Shown here one piece after another: positions 50,501-54,174 of a DNA stretch of 54,174 nt. The DNA is from Chromera velia. Its lineage: Eukaryota. The position numbers and the translations under genes were made by a program. The stretch is from positions 1 to 54,174 of the forward strand of contig JAHBMJ010000198.1 of NCBI GenBank assembly GCA_018398765.1, given 5' to 3'. The notes below the pieces were generated by a model. It was not told the origin of the DNA. It worked only from the letters and a program-made list of their open reading frames with translations, and ran no database searches. Within the stretch, counting starts at the first letter, position 1. Each line of letters opens with the position of its first letter.

Positions 50501-51700
50501 CTCCATCTCCTTAACACCCTTCAACCACACATACCTGCCTTCTTAGCTCGCAACCAACTACTTACTTACATCCATACCACCACCGCCCAACACCCACCTC
50601 ACATGATCCATCCCCCCATCCCTACATGCCTCCTTCTCCCTCCCCAACCGCTTTATCCCTCTGCGGAACCGACCCCAACCATCCTCCCAGACCCTTACAC
50701 GCCACCGGCGAACCCTTACCCACATACACAAGGAGAAGCCATCCAACACCTCCTCCTCCACACCCATTTATCCAACCATCCCCCCGCAATCCCCCCTCCC
50801 CAGCACGGACTTTACTGGCCACCGGTAGTCACTAAGATCCCCATCGCCGAGCAGGCCAAACACCCTTGAAACAGCTCCGAGCCCCCGTCTACCCCCTCCC
50901 CACTCACAGTGCTCCCAGCCGATCAATTGGATCAGCGTACCCCCCCTAGCTCCCCCTCCCGGTTTTCCCTTCTCGAAATTGACCCCATCACCCTCCCTGC
51001 CCTCACAGAGGAATTCGAAGAAATCCGCAAGAGGATTGCCTTCCAGGACGGATCAAGAGGTCCTGGCCCCTCCAAACTCATCCAATCCATTAATAACCAA
51101 GTCAACCTACTTATCCCCTACCCTCGGCCATACGGTACCCCCATCACCACCCTCATCAATGCACACCCACCAACGGACCCCCTTTGCATGCACCACCTCC
51201 AGTTTCCAATCTCCACGGCCGCCAACTCTTCCGAAACCCAAAGAACCGTAGCATCTACCAGAACTCACACCGACATCATTATCGCTCCTAGTATACACCC
51301 TCTAGACCTCCCTACACAGACCCTCATAGCCCTCCTTCAACCCACTTTCGACCCCCCGCATACACCCCACATTGGCCCACAAAACGACACCGCAGACGCA
51401 AATCACAGCACCCCTAAAAAATTTGATGATCACCGCCAGCAGACCTTCTTCGACCAACCCCTGAGCACACCAGCCCCTCTGTACGGATGGATGGAACCAG
51501 GGACCCACCGACGCATCTCTCTTAGTGAATTCACCTTCCTCCTGGCCCTCACCACTCTTCCCAGCCCTATACCGACACCCGCACCCAAACGGGCGCAGCA
51601 GAAGGTGACGGAACGAGAAAAGACCAAACGGGGACAGAAGAATGGGACCGAATCAGAGAGAGGACGGCGACGGAAAATTGGACAGCCAGAGGGTACGTAA
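47571..51700 (+). pseudogene. Long intronless ORF remnant of unknown family (probably mobile-element encoded), Pro-rich C-terminal half
   Basis: One reading frame runs 47571-49358, broken only by stops at 47799, 48102, 48261, 48588, 48609 and 48666. It continues as Pro-rich fragments to 51700. No confident domain was recognised. Confidence 0.6.
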
Positions 51701-52613
51701 CCGACGGGAGGTAGTGCTGGGTCTCTACTTTCTGTCTGTCTGATGGGAAGAAGAAATGTGAGGGCCTGCGCTACAAAGAAAACGCCTCCTGCTTACCTCC
51801 GTACCCCAGCTGCTCGAGGTCTCTGCTCGTCAGTCCGCCATCTCTCCTCCCACCCCCTGCAGAAAAAAAACACACGGATAGAAAAACACCAGTGGAAAAG
51901 CCCTTTGGACCGAAACGTTATTGCGGTGTGGAGAACGGCTGGTGTACTCGACGAGGCCAACATACGAAAAAAAAACAAGAGAGAAAAAATGACCATAGAG
52001 GCCGAGGAAGACGCAAGTGCTGAAAAGAAAGACACTCGCACACAAAAAGTGTCAAGAGTCTTCGTATTCTAGCCAGTAAAGCCAGAACTCCCGCAAACAG
52101 TCGACCGAAGATGACAGGAAGCACACGAGCCAATAGCCTCACTATCCTGGTCGGATGCTGATGAAAAATCCTACTGCACTCTCCCACACCGCGCCCATCC
52201 ACGTGCAACACTCAGACCGCGAATTCGCTGTCGCAATATCCCACGGCCCCACCCGTGCGCAATCTTTCGAAGGCCCCACCGACACTACTGAAATAAGCAA
52301 TGCAAGAGAACAAACATTAAGGCAGACCTACCCACCTGCAACATCTGTGCCGAAGGGGACGCGCTGTCTTTGCCACCCTTTCGGCTCGCAGCCCCGCAAC
52401 ACTTCAGTGACGTCACCCTGGTTCCTGCTGTGCACGTAGGCAAGCCAAATCGGATCTCTTGCCTTGCTTGAAAGGCCCCAGCCTGCACACCAGAGGATTT
52501 GGGCATGCATAAGCGTACAGGAAGCGTTACTCCGACAGCCTGTACTGCAAACAATACAGCAGATGCAGCAGAGAAGGAGCAAAAAATATCAGAGGAAAAG
52601 AAAAGAGCATCCC

Positions 52614-52766
52614 AAGTGCCAGTATCTCTGGTCGGAAGTCCCGGTATCTCCGGTGGGAAGTCCCGGTATCTCCGGTTGGAAGTCCCGATGTCTCCGGTGG
52701 GAAGTCCTGGTATCGCTGGTGGGAAGTCCCGGTATCGCCGGTGGGAAGTCCCGGTATCCCGGTGGG
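52614..52766. repeat. 22-bp tandem repeat, 7 copies (AAGTCCCGGTATCTCCGGTGGG)
   Basis: Units start at 52614, 52636, 52658, 52680, 52702, 52724 and 52746. Confidence 0.95.
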
Positions 52767-53009
52767 AAATAAGTCTCTATGCTCGAAAACCGACCTTTAT
52801 GCTGAAGTCTGACCTTTATATTTCATTTGCTTGCATGGCGCGCACGGCGCAGGATCCGTGTGCACGCCGCACGCCGGCCATGGCGCGGTGCGCTTAATTA
52901 TGGCTGCTCGCGTCAAAACCGATTATCCGGCTTTTCATGCCAGGGCCCTGCATGCTTTTTTCATTAATTGGCTGTATGTGTAAGTCGTCATTGCATCAGA
53001 TCTGCCTTG

Positions 53010-53530
53010 CTGAATGCTTATACACTTTATCCCCTTATTCGTACTTACTTCGATCGTGTATATTGAAACTTCTGTTGTGCTTTGTCGGGGAGCGGGAACT
53101 ACCTTGGTGACTCCCTCTTCCAGTGAGTCCGGTCGTCTCGATCTGCAGATGTACAGATTGTGTGAAGTTGTTGCATTGCGTCAAAAAAGGATGCCACTTG
53201 CTGAATGTTGATGCGCTTTGTCCTCTACTTCTGGCGTGTGTATACGCAGGATTTGGAACTCCTTTTGTGCTTTGTCGGGCAGGTGGAGCTACCTTTGTCT
53301 CTAAGCTCTTCCGTTGAGTATACAGTCCCATCTCTGCCCATCTGCAGATTGTGTGAAATTGTTGCAGCGCGTCATACGGCGTCAGGCTGGGCATCAGGAA
53401 AGCATGTGCCCTGATGAATGCTCATGGACTTTCTTCTCTCCTTCTCACGTATATGTATGCAGGATTTGGGACTCCGGTTGTGCTTTGTCGGAGAGGTGGA
53501 TCGAGTCCTTGTAGAATCTTCTCTGGTAGG
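53010..53530 (+). repeat. Diverged ~190-210-bp tandem units (3), homologous to the 185-bp array in inverted orientation
   Basis: TGAATG..GTGCTTTGTCGG recurs from ~53010, ~53201 and ~53414, and CAGATTGTGTGAA follows in the first two units. Confidence 0.8.
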
Positions 53531-53910
53531 TTCTGGGTATTATTTAGGAAAAGGGTTGAAAACAATGCCCCAGACCTGTCAGGCAACTATGCAGTAGAAA
53601 TATATCTTTCCCTCTTTATGGAATGCCTTAAAGTTTTCTCTTGCTTGCTCACCAGCAGATTTTGCTGTCGCTCTATTGTACTTGGGGGCTTGTTTTGATT
53701 TCTTCCCTCCCGTCTCCTTTATATTTTCTGCCTACGTCAGCAAACGACCCAGATTTTTCAGAGAGGGATTGGCCCGGACGTCTTTTTGTGGCTGATTTGT
53801 GTGTTTCTTGGTTTTCCTGCAGTTTCGGATCCTTCCTGTCATTGAAGCGGGTGCTGGCTCTGTTGCTGGCGCTTGTCTTTGTTCTTCTGCCAGGTAGGCT
53901 CTCTATGTGA
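53014..53910 (+). CDS. Putative small secreted/membrane protein (~127 aa) built from phase-1 63-nt repeat exons: 53014-53122, 53250-53312, 53463-53525, 53762-53910
   Basis: Spliced model: MLIHFIPLFVLTSIVYIETSVVLCRGAGTTLVTPSS-RFGTPFVLCRAGGATFVSKLF-RFGTPVVLCRRGGSSPCRIFS-ERDWPG...RVLALLLALVFVLLPGRLSM*. All junctions are phase 1 and the total is 384 nt. One donor (GTTGAG) is weak. Speculative. Confidence 0.35.
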
Positions 53911-54174
53911 ATGTCTGTGTGACACTGTCTGATGCGTGACACTGCTGCTCCTTGTAGTAATGCATATGGTGCATCAAGGTTTGTATACGGAGGGGCAAGA
54001 CCGGGTTGGGGGTTGGGGGTGAACGAAAATGTCAACTTGAAAGAGCGGAATACATAGGGAGCTGCGAAAAAGAGGGCGTCCAGGAAGAAAAGGGGTAGAC
54101 AGGGTGTGAGCTCAGGAGGAAGGGGGAGCGGCGGCGAGCGGCGGCGGTGGCGGGGGGGGGGGGGGGGGGGGGGG

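Noticed and set aside
52614..52766. CRISPR-like palindromic repeats
   Set aside because: Head-to-tail 22-mers without spacers.
54000..54174. Telomere at window end
   Set aside because: G-rich tract and poly-G without a regular telomeric unit. May be a contig-end artefact.

Overview
Eukaryotic nuclear DNA, not prokaryotic. It has spliceosomal GT-AG introns rich in (TG)n/(GA)n microsatellites, frequent TGCATG(CA) motifs and expanded intronless ankyrin genes. This style suggests a chromerid alveolate such as Chromera velia, which is an inference from style only. Left to right the window holds: a disabled ankyrin gene (902-2358); a nested, decayed LTR-retrotransposon cluster (2555-7175); a 3-exon UDP-glycosyltransferase (-); a 2-exon DGAT2-family acyltransferase (-); a ~16 kb multi-exon coiled-coil/CCDC17-like C2 gene (+); a frameshifted ankyrin gene (-); a ~10 kb IQ-motif gene (+); and a repeat-rich block at 44.4-54.2 kb. 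Three observations stand out. (1) Repeats show a RIP-like mutation signature: near-exclusive C:G>T:A transitions biased to CpA>TpA, and repeat-associated ORFs full of stop codons. (2) Two distantly homologous, oppositely oriented arrays of ~185-210 bp units, each unit an exon of about 60-63 nt plus an intron, point outward from GC-rich hairpins and flank a long dead ORF. (3) A tRNA-like Pol III promoter is embedded in a tandem pair of LTRs. All alignments and counts were done by eye, with no database searches.
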